Part shown: piece after piece, positions 25,100-37,420 of the stretch
Layout: each line of letters begins with the position of its first letter
Position numbering within the stretch: the first letter of the stretch is position 1
Assembly (NCBI GenBank): GCA_964016885.1
Contig: OZ024741.1
Coordinates: 64,914,001 to 64,978,000 of the forward strand
Length of the DNA stretch: 64,000 bases
Origin: Eledone cirrhosa
Taxonomy: Eukaryota
Direction: 5' to 3'
The notes under the pieces: generated by a model
What the model saw: the letters and a program-made list of their open reading frames with translations, nothing else
Told to the model about the DNA's origin: nothing
The model's database searches: none
Program-made: the position numbers and the translations under genes

Positions 25100-25269
25100 T
25101 TAATGAATGAATAGTGTATTGCAAAAGTTAAAAGATTCAGAGACAATGTACTTTAAGGTCACCTCTAACTTTCACAGCTCCCTCAGCAAATAACATGGAG
25201 CCTACCCCACCCACTCTATATCACTGCCTTTCCAGCTTGCCCAAGATCACAATGAGTGCCCTAGGTTGA

Positions 25270-25500
25270 AAAATGGTAATGCTGGTGCCACAATAAACTG
25301 CACCCAGTTTACACTAAAGTGGTAGTGTTGGTGCCGCAGTAAATGTACCAAGCCCACTCTGTATAGTAGTTGTGGTGCCATGAATAAATGCACCCAGTCC
25401 ACCATGTCAGGTGGTAATGGCAGTACTACAATAAAATGCATCTGGTACATGCCAAAAAGTGGTTGGTATTAGGAAGGGCATCCAGCCATAGAAACCAAAC
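25270..25500 (+). repeat. ~42-bp tandem array ending in the RTE 3' UTR motif
   Basis: Units like GCTGGTGCCAC..TAAATGCACCCAG....GTGGTAGT followed by GGTTGGTATTAGGAAGGGCATCCAGCC. Similar arrays at ~12340-12510 and ~60890-61110 (minus) and ~38995-39120. Confidence 0.7.
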
Positions 25501-25649
25501 CAAAAATGGAATGTGTGAGTGGGATGCAGTCATCTCACCTGTCTATGGCTGTGTGCACTTCCTGATGATGACGCATGTATGGTACTTTTTACTGTTGATC
25601 TTCATTGAACTGCTAAGCTACTGTCTGTGTAGGACATAAATTGTGTAAA

Positions 25650-25703
<54 letters not shown>

Positions 25704-26188
25704 GTGTACACACATATACAGAGGAAGCTTCAACAAAACTAGAGAAAAGAAACCATGTCCAACTTGACTTTCTATTTAAAATTTAAAAAAATGGAAGAAA
25801 TTTAATACAACTTCATTATAAATACTCTTTATGTCCTGTATTGCACGAAACTATATTAGCAAAATATTCTTGTTAAAGTACAAAACAGCAATAATGGTTG
25901 CATCTCATTAAAAATAAAGTCTCTAATCTAATACTACAAATTTTCACAACATTCTGTCCATTATTAAAGATACTATAAATTTTTGAAGTAATAAACCTGT
26001 TTTTAGATATTTTCTGCTAAAACCATTGCTGGATATTAAAAGTTAAATGTTTGTGGAAATGACTAATAATATGTTGTAATTCAGGGATACGTTAACTCTC
26101 ACTCTGTCTGTTTCTCTAATATATATATATTCTTGTGTGTCAGTGTATATATGTGTGTGTATGTATATATATATATATATATATATTG

Positions 26189-28295
26189 GAGGAGAATAAA
26201 TGGGAGAAAGACAGTCTCCCCCACATCGATCCAATAGAGGGACCAGCAGTGCTAGTTGATGGTAGTATAATAAGTAAGGCAATCAAAGATATGAAGACGG
26301 GTAAGGCGGCTGGGCCTTCGGAAATAGTTGCTGAAATGCTGAAAGCATCTGGAACGGTGGGACACACTATGGTCACCCGGATAGTAAACCAAGTCATACA
26401 GAATGGGGCCGTTCCGAAGGACTTGCGTAGCAGCATCATCATTAACTGCTACAAGGGTAAAGGAGATGCCCTAGATAGGGGTAACTATAGAGGCATTAAA
26501 TTAATCGACCAGGTCATGAAGGTCACAGAAAAAGTAATAGCGCAACTAATCAGAGAACGAATTAATCTAGGTGAAATGCAGTTCGGGTTTGTGTCAGGTA
26601 AAAGTACCACAGACGCTCTTTTCATTGTACGACAACTACAGGAGAAGTACCTAGCTAAAAGTAAACCCCTATACTTAGCTTTTGTTGACTTGGAGAAAGC
26701 CTTTGACAGAGTCCCCTGCTCCATTATCTGGTGGGCTCTTAGAAAACTAGGTGTTGATGAATGGCTTGTGAGAGCTATACAAGCCATGTATAAAGAAACA
26801 GTCAGCAAGGTTAGGATTAACAACGAATATAGTGAAGAGTTTAGCGTAAAAGTTGGTGTTCATCAGGGCTCCGTCCTTAGCCCCCTACTATTTATTATTG
26901 CCCTTCAAGGTATAACAGAGGAGTTCAAGACCGGCTGCCCATGGGAACTCCTATATGCAGATGATCTAACGCTCATAGCTGAATCAATGGCTGAACTAGA
27001 GAAGAAATTCCAAACATGGAAGCATGGCCTAGAATCAAAAGGCCTTAAAGTTAACTTGTCTAAGACTAAAGTTCTAGTTTGTAGAAAGGAAAATAGAGCA
27101 CAGGTGCCCTCAGGGAAATGGTCATGCTCAGTGTGTAGGAAAGGAGTAGGCAGAAACTCCATTTAATGTCCCAAATGCAAAGTATGGGTGCATAAAAGAT
27201 GTAGTGGGATCACAGGTAAGCTAACTAAGAATATAGATTTTATATGTGGCCGGTGCTCTGGTGCAATAAGTAGCAGCAAGTGCCCACAGAATACTAGCTC
27301 ATTCCATTGCACAGATGGTTCTATAGAAATAGTGGACACCTTCCGTTACCTGGGTGACAAAATCAGCAGTGGGGAAGGGTGCTCTGAAAGTACAGTAGCT
27401 AGAGTCAGAACAGGATGGAAAAAGTTCAGAGAGCTTATACCACTATTGGCCGCTAAAGGGTTCTCTCTAAAAATGAAAGGGAGGCTGTATGATGCCTGCA
27501 AACGAACAGCAATGTTACATGGCAGTGAGACCTGGGCATTGTGTGCAGAGGATATACGCAGACTGGAGAGGAACGAAGCTTCCATGCTCCGCTGGATGTG
27601 TAATAGTAATATACGTGAATGGCAAAGCATAAACGAACTAAGGGAGAAATTAGGAATAAGAGGGATCAGATGTTGTTTACTCGAGAGAAGACCACGTTGG
27701 TACGGTCACGTGATGCGCATGAAAGACGACAGCTGTATAAAAAAAAGTGCAGGGCGATAAAAATAGATGGTAGCCACGGAGTAGGCAGACCCAGAAAAAC
27801 CTGGGACGACTTGATAAATTCCGACCTCACACACTTACACCTCTCCAAGACAATGTCACTGGACCGAGATCTTTGGCGCTACACAGTTATACAGAAGACC
27901 CGCCTTGCCTAAGTACAAAGCGAAACCTACAGTCAGTAGGCACCTCTAACAAAAATACACCCCTGTCCCACTACCCCCGCCCCATCTACACCCTTCAATG
28001 TGAAGTTATATTGGTACCACAACATCCAGTCCGAAACAAATGAGGTCGTGTAGGTGTCATGACAAAAAAAACACACAGTCGACGCTGTAAATGTGGCCGT
28101 GTAGGTAACACGGTAAAAACCTCCCAGTCCACACTGTAAACGTGGTTGGTGTTAGGAAGGGCAGCCAGCCGTAGAAAACCTGCCAGACAGTCTTATACGA
28201 GCAGGACAACCAATCTTGCCTCAAGTGGGAAAACTCCCGTCCAAACCCATGCAAGCGTGGAAGATGGACGTTAAACGATGATGATGATGATGATG
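26189..28295 (+). mobile_element. 5'-truncated RTE LINE (RT + PHD-like finger + 3' UTR)
   Basis: Highly similar to the 16.5-20.3 kb element; YADD motif, premature stop at 27166, (GAT)n tail. Confidence 0.95.
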
Positions 28296-28535
28296 AAATA
28301 TATATATATATATATTCTTGTATGTCAGTGTATATATATATACAATCAATTAAAAGCAAAAGTTACTGCTAATGTTAAATATGTTAATACTATCTTAACT
28401 ATTGTTTTTTCATGCAGAGAGTATCTCTGAGAAATTAACCCTCAGTTATTTCTATTTAAAAGCAGTTGCAGTTTTATTTAAAGTTAGTTAACCATTTTTT
28501 TTCTTTCTTTTAATCTTTTATATATCTCCCCATTT

Positions 28536-28589
<54 letters not shown>

Positions 28590-28853
28590 CTCTTAACATA
28601 CTGTACCCTATGAAACCACATTAACAAGACATTCACAAAACATCACTATAACTGCAGAACATTAATACTGCAAATTTTGAGAATGGTCTGTCTACAATAC
28701 TATAAATATTTGAATTAACAAATGAAACATTTTTAGATATTTTCTGCTGAATCATTACAGGATATTAAGAATTAATTCTTCTCAAATTAACTGAAACACA
28801 CACATACACATAAAGACATACACACCTGAAGTTAATAAAGGGATTTTTCTCAC

Positions 28854-28908
28854 CTGCATTGTTTTTACACTGGGGCTGGGCACAGTAACAGCAAGAAATT
28901 GAACACAT
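28854..28908 (-). CDS. Candidate short host-gene coding exon (MCSISCCYCAQPQCKNNA)
   Basis: ATG at 28908 in non-repetitive sequence, open to a strong CAG|GTGAG donor at 28854/28853; no homology recognised. Confidence 0.25.
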
Positions 28909-29159
28909 GACTGAGCCAAATGGTAAAATCCAAATCAAAGAACTCAAAAATAAAATATTGTCCTTGCCAAATACTAAGTTTATTCCATACGAAATCCACC
29001 CCTCCCTTTCCTGTCATAATACACACATTAATAGTCCCCACTGACTCTCTCTCTCTCAGACACACACATATAATAATAACAAGAAAAACAACGATAATGA
29101 TAAGGTCGTGTACAAATAAACAGCAAGTCGGATTTAGTAGTCAGTAATTAACTTGTATT

Positions 29160-30262
29160 TATTGATGTTTACATATGCACACACATATATACACATGCAC
29201 GTATACACATGTACACACATATACACATGCACACACATATACATATGCGCACACACACACATATACACATGCACACACACATACATATGCACTCACACAC
29301 ACATACATATGCACTCACACACACTTATAGAACCATACATATACAACCTATGGATGTGCATGGATGGGTTCTGGAAAGATTTAAGCAGTAAATCACCATT
29401 GTGTGTGTACGTGGTACAGCGAGTGTGTGTTTGTGTTTACATGTAGTGTGTGTATGTTTATGTTTGTATATATAATTTGAGCTATTAAATCCTCCCCCCT
29501 CTTAGAGATAGAGGAACTTAAACACTCTCACTCTCTTTTCCTCCATGTTTGTGTTTGCATACAACAAGCAGAGAAGATATATATATATATACACACACCT
29601 CCCACATACATATATAAATATGAGTATATATATACATGTATGAATATATATATATATATATATATGTTTGAATGTATATGCATGTGTATGTATGAGTGTC
29701 TGTATGTATGTATGTATGCGTGTGTATATATGTGTGTATGTATGTAAGTATGTATGTAAGTGTGTATGTAAGTGTGTATGTATGTAAGTGTGTGTGTGTG
29801 TGTGTGTAATAGAGAGAAAATAGTGTGAGGAGGGATAGAGATAGAACTAAACAGATGTAAGAAAATTGAACAATATGAGAGAGAAAAGAGGGTGGTGGTG
29901 GTAGAAAAGTGAGAGAGAGATGAAGGAAGCAGAATTTAGCATTTAAGTATGTTCTATTGTTTCATTAAAGAGGATTATATGGAATGGGAGGAGGGGGGAT
30001 AGGAGGAGAAGGGGAGGGAGGAAAGAGAGATAGGGTGAATAATGAAAATAAAAAAATGTGCTTATGTACACACATGTATTTATGTATGTGTGTATGTATA
30101 TGTGTAAGTATGTGTGTGTGTAAGTATGTGTGTGTGTAAGTATGTGTGTGTGTAAGTATGTATGTATGTATGTATGTATGTATGTATGTATGTATGTATG
30201 TATGTATGTATGTATGTATGTATGTATGTATGTATGTATGTATGTATGTATGTATGTATGTA
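29160..30262. repeat. Microsatellite-rich block: (CA)n-like, (TA)n, (TATG)n
   Basis: Visible simple repeats; pure (TATG)n at ~30157-30262. Confidence 0.9.
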
Positions 30263-30735
30263 CACAGCCGTAAATACATATATATGAGAGAGAGATATCA
30301 AGAGTTATGTTTATATGTTGAAAATGTAAATATTCGAAGACGGTGTTCTAGAAGAGCAGTATCTCCAAATAATAATTGATACGAGAGGGATAGAGGGGTT
30401 CTTTAATCCTGGCAGAAAACCTTTCTTGTGCTGGTGGTATGGTAAGAAGCACACAGTCCAGGCCATAAATGTGTTAGTGATAAGATAGGAAGGGCATCTT
30501 GTTGTAAAAAACATGCCAAAATGTAAGAAATTTGCCTATTCTCCCTGCAGCTGTGTGTATTAGATAAGAAACTGCAACAAGTGGTGAGATGCTGTCAGTC
30601 AACTCCTACCAGCAAAGAAAAAACAGATGCCACATAGCTCTGTTACTATGCTGTAAGTCTCCACCTTTTTGCACATTTTTCAAAGCAACTTACCAAGATA
30701 ACTTCCTTCAAAGAGCAGAAAACTCAGATTAGAGA

Positions 30736-31378
30736 GTACGGCTTAATTCGGGCTGTTTGTTTGCAAACAAACCGAACATTATAATAAATGTTCGGTACAC
30801 CGATACGTACATATATATATGTGTACATGTATGTATATATATACATGCTACTGTACGTCTGTATACATATATGTATGTATGTATACATACATACATACTT
30901 ATATTTAAGTAACTGCCGTACTAAGAGTGAGAAATGAAATTTTGTTTCATTTTTTCCATTTATCGTTTTCGGTGCGCCCGGCCGACTAAACTCACTCGAT
31001 ATGCAAATTAGGCTGCTCAGTCGTTAATAAGGAAAGTATATACTTTCAGACGTTCAGTCATCTGGCAGGAAAGTATACGATGCTGACGATAGCTAATAAG
31101 CTTGAAACTAGTACATCGTTCCTTTGTCAGTGTTGAACAAAAGGGCAACGATGGTTGCTAAACACTGTACGGCTTAATTCAGGCTGTTTGTTTACAAACA
31201 AACCGAACATTATAATAAATGTTCGGTAAACCGATACGTACATATATATATGTGTACATGTATGTATATATATACATACTACTGTACGTCTGTATACATA
31301 TATGTATGTACGTATACATACTTACATTTAAGTAACTGCCGTACTAAGAGTGAGAAATGAAATTTTGTTTCATTTTTT

Positions 31379-31382
<4 letters not shown>
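30736..31382 (+). mobile_element. Retrozyme / non-autonomous Penelope-like element: 431-bp unit in ~1.5 direct copies
   Basis: 30736-30959 is repeated at 31167-31382; no ORF; contains a hammerhead ribozyme and several hairpins. Confidence 0.7.
31062..31130 (+). ncRNA. Minimal type I hammerhead ribozyme
   Basis: Stem I ACGATG (31077-82)/CATCGT (31114-19), extended by GGA/TCC and CTGGCA/TGTCAG; core CTGACGA (31083-89); stem II AGC-TAATAA-GCT; GAAA (31104-07); palindromic mini stem III C-TA-G; GTA cleavage triplet ending at 31113. Confidence 0.8.
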
Positions 31383-31419
<37 letters not shown>

Positions 31420-31451
31420 CATACAGTAATGTATAAATATACAGTAATTAT

Positions 31452-31910
31452 GTAATTAGCAGTGGAGGAGGGTGTTCCGAAAGTACAGTAGCCAGAGCAA
31501 GAACAGGATGGAAGAAGTTCAGGGAACTATTACCAGAGTTAGCTACAAAAGGTTTTTCCCTTGAATTGAAGGGAAGACTGTATGATGTATGTATACAAAC
31601 AGCAATGTTGCATGGTAGTGATACCTGGGCACTGTGCATAGAGTACCTGATAAGATTGGAAAAAAATGAAGCATGCATGCTCTGATGGATGTGTAATAGC
31701 ATGAATGGCATAGTATAACTGAACAAAGAGAGAAATTAGGTATAAGAGGGATCAGATGCGGTACACTAGAGAGGAGATTGCGTTGGTTTGGTCATGTGAT
31801 GTGTATGAAGGACGATGGTTGTATAAAAAGGTGCAGGTTGATCAAAATTGATGGAAGCTATGGAGTAAGAAGACCCAGGAAAACTTGGGACGAGGTGATA
31901 AAAGCTAACC
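31452..31910 (+). mobile_element. RTE LINE 3' fragment
   Basis: ISSGGGCSESTVARARTGWKKFREL...LRWFGHVM...RPRKTW motifs with stops. Confidence 0.85.
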
Positions 31911-31962
31911 ATGTGGCATTATGCATTAATACAGAAGACACGCCTTCCCATGTACATTTATA

Positions 31963-32040
31963 TAGACATATCTGTTGTTTTGTTCTCACTAAAATAATTG
32001 TAGACATATCTGTTGTTTTGTTCTCACTAAAATAATTGTA
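31963..32040. repeat. 38-bp tandem duplication
   Basis: TAGACATATCTGTTGTTTTGTTCTCACTAAAATAATTG occurs twice. Confidence 0.9.
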
Positions 32041-32150
32041 AATTATGCAAGTAAAAAAAATTGTATGGCTTAATATAAGAATTAAAAAAAAAACGTGAAA
32101 ATTATTAAGCTATATATTGTTTGAATACAATTGAAATATACCTTTCTTAA

Positions 32151-35100
32151 GTTTGTTAAGGCTGGCGAATCATGGAAAAGAGACACCAGCTGGTCTGAAA
32201 ACAGTGTACCCACAACAACTGACAATAAAGAAACTGAAAAAACTCTGGGAAACTAAATCAGAACAACCTGCCATCCCCTGCACATAATCATAGACTGGAA
32301 TCAAAGTACAAACTGTTGTCCTTGAATGCACGTAGTCTATGCAATAAGATTCATCTTTTTGACTCCTACGTCAAAAGTATCAACCCGGACTTCATTACAG
32401 TCACGGAAACTTGGGCACATCCCTTACTCTGTGATGGGGTTTTCAGCATGACTGGCTACAACCTGTTTCGTAAAGACCGTATTAATCGTCGTGGTGGTGG
32501 TGTAATGGTCTACGTTCGGTCAAATCTGTCGGCAATTCCTTGTGCTGATTTGAACCAATCACAGCAGGAAGTTTTTTTCTGCGATATACGTATGACCATG
32601 TCAACACTGCTACTTGGAGTCGTTTACCGTCCCCCAAATTACCATCAGGACACTCAACTTTGTGATATCCTCAGAGCTGCTGCCAGGAAGACAGCCACTT
32701 ATGTTTACATTGCAGGTGACTTCAATCACCCTGAGATTGACTGGGAGACCTTTCGTTGGCCGCCAAGTGCAAATGACTTCCTTGAGCTGGTGCTGGACTC
32801 GAGTTGGTCCCAGGTGGTCACCTCCCCAACGAGAGGTGACAACACTTTGGACCTACTCTTCACCACTACTCCTGAAACGGTCATTAGTGTTACTGCTGAG
32901 GAACCTTTAGGTGACTCTGATCATGCTATGATCATTGCCAATCTATCCCTCATGGGCAGTAACAAGAACCACAACCATCTCCAAACTGCTCACTTTGACT
33001 GGAATAAAGCAGACTGGAACTGTTACTGCACCGAGTTGCAACGGCCAAACTGGCTTGAGTTCTATGACTCTGGAGATGTCAACACTGTACTCCAGAACAT
33101 CCTGAGCTCAATATGGACAGCATGTGCAGCATCGGTGCCACGTAAGCGGAAAAAACATCCTAAAAGCGCAATTTGGGAGACTGCAGCAGTCCGTCTTGCC
33201 AGAAAAGAACGGCGCAATGCTGAACGTGAGTACAAACTTCACAAATCAGACATTAATAGGAAGAGGCGAAATAGATCGTCCAACCACCTCAAACAGGTGA
33301 CAAAAAAGGCAGTGCTTCAATTTGAGCAGCGCATAGCAACCAGCCCTGACAGTAAGGTGTTCTGGAAGTATGTTCACTCAAAGCAGAGGCCTCACTCTCC
33401 AGTTGGTCCTCTTCGCAATCCCCACACAAGCCAGGTTACTGACGGCCCCAAGGAATGCGCAGAGCTCATTGCTGAATGCTATGCAGGCATTTTCACCATT
33501 GAAGACCAGAGTGTACCATCTCCACCACCTATGACACCGGACTCTATTACAACCATGGAATTTACACCTACAATGATGCGACGTCACCTAAAAAATAAAC
33601 GCGACCATGCCTCTCCTGGTCTTGATGGTGTTACGTACCTGCTTCTTAAACGTGGTGGGTACTTCCTTCTACACCAGTTATCACGCTTCTTCCAATTCTG
33701 TCTGAACAACAGTGCTACTCCAGAACAGTGGAAAACTGCCAGTGTAATTCCTCTGTTCAAAAAGGGTGACCGCACATCACCTGTGAACTATCGTCCAGTC
33801 AGTCTTACTAGTTGCATCGCCAAACTGATGGAATCCTGTGTCAGAGAAACACTTTGGAACTTCTGGAGCTCTCAGTCTTATCCGGCCCTCGCAATTTGGA
33901 TTTATCCCCAACTCCAGCTGCTGTGATCAACTTATAGAGTTTCTTGAGGACATCACCCGGATCACTGATGGCGGCTCATGGGTGGATGTTGTTTACCTTG
34001 ACTTGGCGAAGGCCTTCAATTCTGTGCCGCACAAAAGGCTTATGGCAAAACTCTCTGCAATGGGTGTGAAGGATGATCTTTTTAACTGGTTGAAGTCCTT
34101 CATTCTCAGTCGAAGAGAGGTAGTCACGGTTCTGGGACAGCATTCCTCACCATATGAGATGTCATCTGGTGTACCTCAGGGATCTGTTCTTGGCCCCCTT
34201 TTGTTTGTGGCATATATTAATGACATAGATGCCAACTTAAGGAATGCCACAGTACTAAAGTACGCAGACGACATCAAGCTGTACCTTGAGATAAAAAGGA
34301 CAGATCCTGAACACTATAGATCTTGCTTGCAGTCTGACCTGGACACAATGCAACAGTGGATCTCAGACTGGCAACTCAAGCTAGCTGTGGACAAGTGCAC
34401 CACCATGCATTTTGGGAGTAAAAACCCAGCGTCCACATACTCCCTCCACAGCACTAATATCAAGAAGTCTTCCTGTGAACGTGACCTGGGCATTACGGTC
34501 AGCAGCGATTTGCGTTGGACGAGGCACGTCTCTAAAATTGTCAAGAGGGCCGAGGGTGTCTTAGCATCACTCAGCAAGACCTTTGTCAGCCGCTCTCCAG
34601 ATATCTATTTAAGGCTGTATACAGCTATGGTGCGACCACACTTAGAATTTGCATCACCAGTCTGGAACCCCTATCTTGCTCAGGACATTGACCGCCTGGA
34701 AACTGTTCAGAGACGTGCAACCAAGCGAATACCCTCCATCAGGCATCTACCATACTCTGAGCGCCTTGCTTCCCTGGGCATGGATTCATTGAAGCTCCGA
34801 CGCCTGGCAACTGACTTGGTAAACACCCACAAAATTGTTAACCATGTTGCCAACAACAACCCTGAGTGCCTTTTCGATTTCCATGTGTCTAACACACGTG
34901 GACATGCCCACAAAGTAAGAAAACAGCACAGTTCCCATGACTTTCGGAAACATTTTTTCACGCTCAGAGTTGCTGAAGCATGGAACAAACTACCTGCATC
35001 AGTTGTTAGCTGTCGAGACACTGCATCCTTTAAGGCCTCCATGCTTCCCGAGATCCGCCAACACTACAGCTAACACATACAAACATGTACTTCCCTGGCA

Positions 35101-35190
35101 TTTGTGTATTATTCTATGTACTATATTGACGAGTTGTAGTGCACCTGAGCACTTTACACAATAATTTCATTATTATTATTATTATTATTT
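32151..35190 (+). mobile_element. 5'-truncated CR1-like LINE (end of ORF1, APE-RT ORF2 with one frameshift, (ATT)n tail)
   Basis: LNARSL, VTETW, AGDFNHP, SDH; NYRPVSLTS, YLDLAKAFNSV, SGVPQGSVLGPLLF, KYADD, ERDLG, VRPHLEFASPVWNP, WNKLP. Confidence 0.95.
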
Positions 35191-35209
35191 TAAATCACAG
35201 TTTAAAAAT

Positions 35210-36226
35210 ACTTTATATGTGGCCAATGCTCAGGTGCAATAAGTATCAAGTGTCCACAGGATACTAGCTCCTTCTATTGCCCAGATGGTTCTATAGAAAT
35301 AGTAGACACTTTCCGTTACCTGGGTGATGAAATCAGCAATGGTGGAGGGTGTTCTGAAAGTACAGTAGCCAGAGTCAGAACGGGATGGAATAAGTTCAGA
35401 GAGCTTATACCACTGTTGGCCACAAAAGGTTTCTCTATAAAAATGAAAGGCAGATTGTATGATGCCTGTATACAAACAGCAATGCTACATGGCAGTGAGA
35501 TATGGGCATTACGTGCAGAGGACCTGCGCAGACTGGAAAGGAATGAAGCATGCATGCACCGTTGGATGTGTAATAGTAATATACGTGAACGGCAAAGCAT
35601 AAAAGATGCTGTTTACTTGAGAGAAGACTACGTTGGTATGGTAACGTGATACGCATGAAAGACGACAGCTGCATAAAAAAGTGCAGGGCGATCAAAATTG
35701 ATGGTAGTTACGGAGTAGGTAGACCCAGAAAAACCCGGGACGATCTGATAAATTCCAACCTTACACACTTGCACCTCTCTAAGACAATGTCACTGGACCG
35801 AGATCTTTGGCGCTATGCAGTAATACAGAAGACCCGCCTTGCCTATGTACAAAGTGAAACCTACAGTCAGTAGGCACCTCTTAACAAAATATACTACTCC
35901 TACCCTATCCTCCCACCCCCACCAACACCACCCTCTCTCTGTAAAGTTGGTACCACAACATCCAGTCCGAAATAAATGAGATAATGAGATCGAGATCATG
36001 TAGGTGTCATGACAAAAAAAACACAGTCCACGCTGTAATGTGGCTGTGTAAGTAACACGGTAAAAGTTCCCAGTTCCACACTGTAAATGTGGTTGGTGTT
36101 AGGAAGGGCATCCAGCCATAGAAAACCTGCCAGATAGTCCTATATGAGCGAGACATGTGGGACAACTCCCGTCTAACCCATGCTAGCGTGGAAGATGGAC
36201 GTTAAACGATGATGATGATGATGATG
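35210..36226 (+). mobile_element. RTE LINE 3' fragment
   Basis: Same family as 26189-28295, with an internal deletion; (GAT)n tail. Confidence 0.9.
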
Positions 36227-36516
36227 ACCACCCAAAAAACAAAAAGACACACTAAATAATATAGTTATTGATGCACTATGAGAGGATGGCCATAGTGGGA
36301 ATGCTTTTCTGCTTATCTGAGACTAAACAAAAGCAATATCTCACTCTAAAAGTATGTCATTCCCATTTTTTCATAACAAGGAAGTTGCATTTAATTGTGA
36401 ACATTTACCTGTGCATAGTTCATCTTTTTTGACCTGTTTACTGAATGGTGGTGAAAGGATTGGTGTAGTCATAAGGTGAATGATTCTTTCATATGATTTC
36501 ATGAGCAAAAGTGAAG

Positions 36517-36760
36517 TGGCATGACCTAGTGGTAAGGGCGTTGGACTTACAATCATAATGTCATAGGTTTCGATTCTTGGGTTGGGTTGTGTGTTGGTGT
36601 TCTTGAGCAAAACACTTCATTTCACGTTGCTCCAGTATACTCAGCTGAAAATGAGTACCAGCAATTGCTGGGGATTTAACCCTGTGATGGACTGGCATCC
36701 TTTCCAGGGCAAGTCTTGTACTTTGAGTCGCTTCACGCCATGAAACCGGGATAAGCATTG
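36517..36760 (+). mobile_element. V-SINE-like tRNA-derived SINE
   Basis: tRNA head, TTGAGCAAAACACTT, and AACCCTGTGATGGACTGGCATCC..TCCAGGG resembling the V-domain; reverse copy at ~58060-58315. Confidence 0.65.
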
Positions 36761-36869
36761 GCCAAAGAGCCTTCTGTGTGTCTGTGTGTGTGTCTGTCTA
36801 TCTGTCTGTGTGTGTATCTGACTTTAAACATGACTGGTACTTTATTTATTGACTTTAAAATGATAAAAG

Positions 36870-37420
36870 ATGTGGAATTGGCAGAGCTGTTAGAGCATTG
36901 GATAAAATGCTTTGTGGTATTCTTTCCAGCTCACTGCACTGGCATCAAATCCTGCCAAAGTCAACTTTGCCTTTCATCCTTTCAAGGTTGATAAAAAACA
37001 TACCAGTCCACTGCTAGGGTGACTTCTTTCTCTATATCTCTCTCCTTCTCTGGAAGAAATCGACTGTCTTTAAACCGATGGAGGAGACGGGCTCGACCAG
37101 GTTTTAAAAATGCCCAAGAAACACTGTATGTCAACATGGTGCCCCTACAAATCCATCAGGAGTTATGGGTTAAAAGAAGGAAAAGGATGAAAGGCAAAGA
37201 TGACTTTGACATTGATACTCTTCAGTTCTTATAGCTAATTCCATGAGTGAGAGTGAGGGGAGAAAGAAAAGAAATTGACTACAGTGTTTTCCTGGTATAC
37301 TATTTATTGACTTTAAAAGGAGAAAAGAGGAAGCTGACTTTAGCAGGATTTGAACTCAAAACATAGAAAGTTAAAACAAATATCTGATGTTTTAAAAACT
37401 CTGCCAATTCACAGCCTTAA
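36870..37420. mobile_element. Old SINE with alternative tail (+) and old SINE (-)
   Basis: Decayed head and central domain, (CT)n, tail ending CATCAGGAGTTA; second copy reversed at ~37270-37420. Confidence 0.65.
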
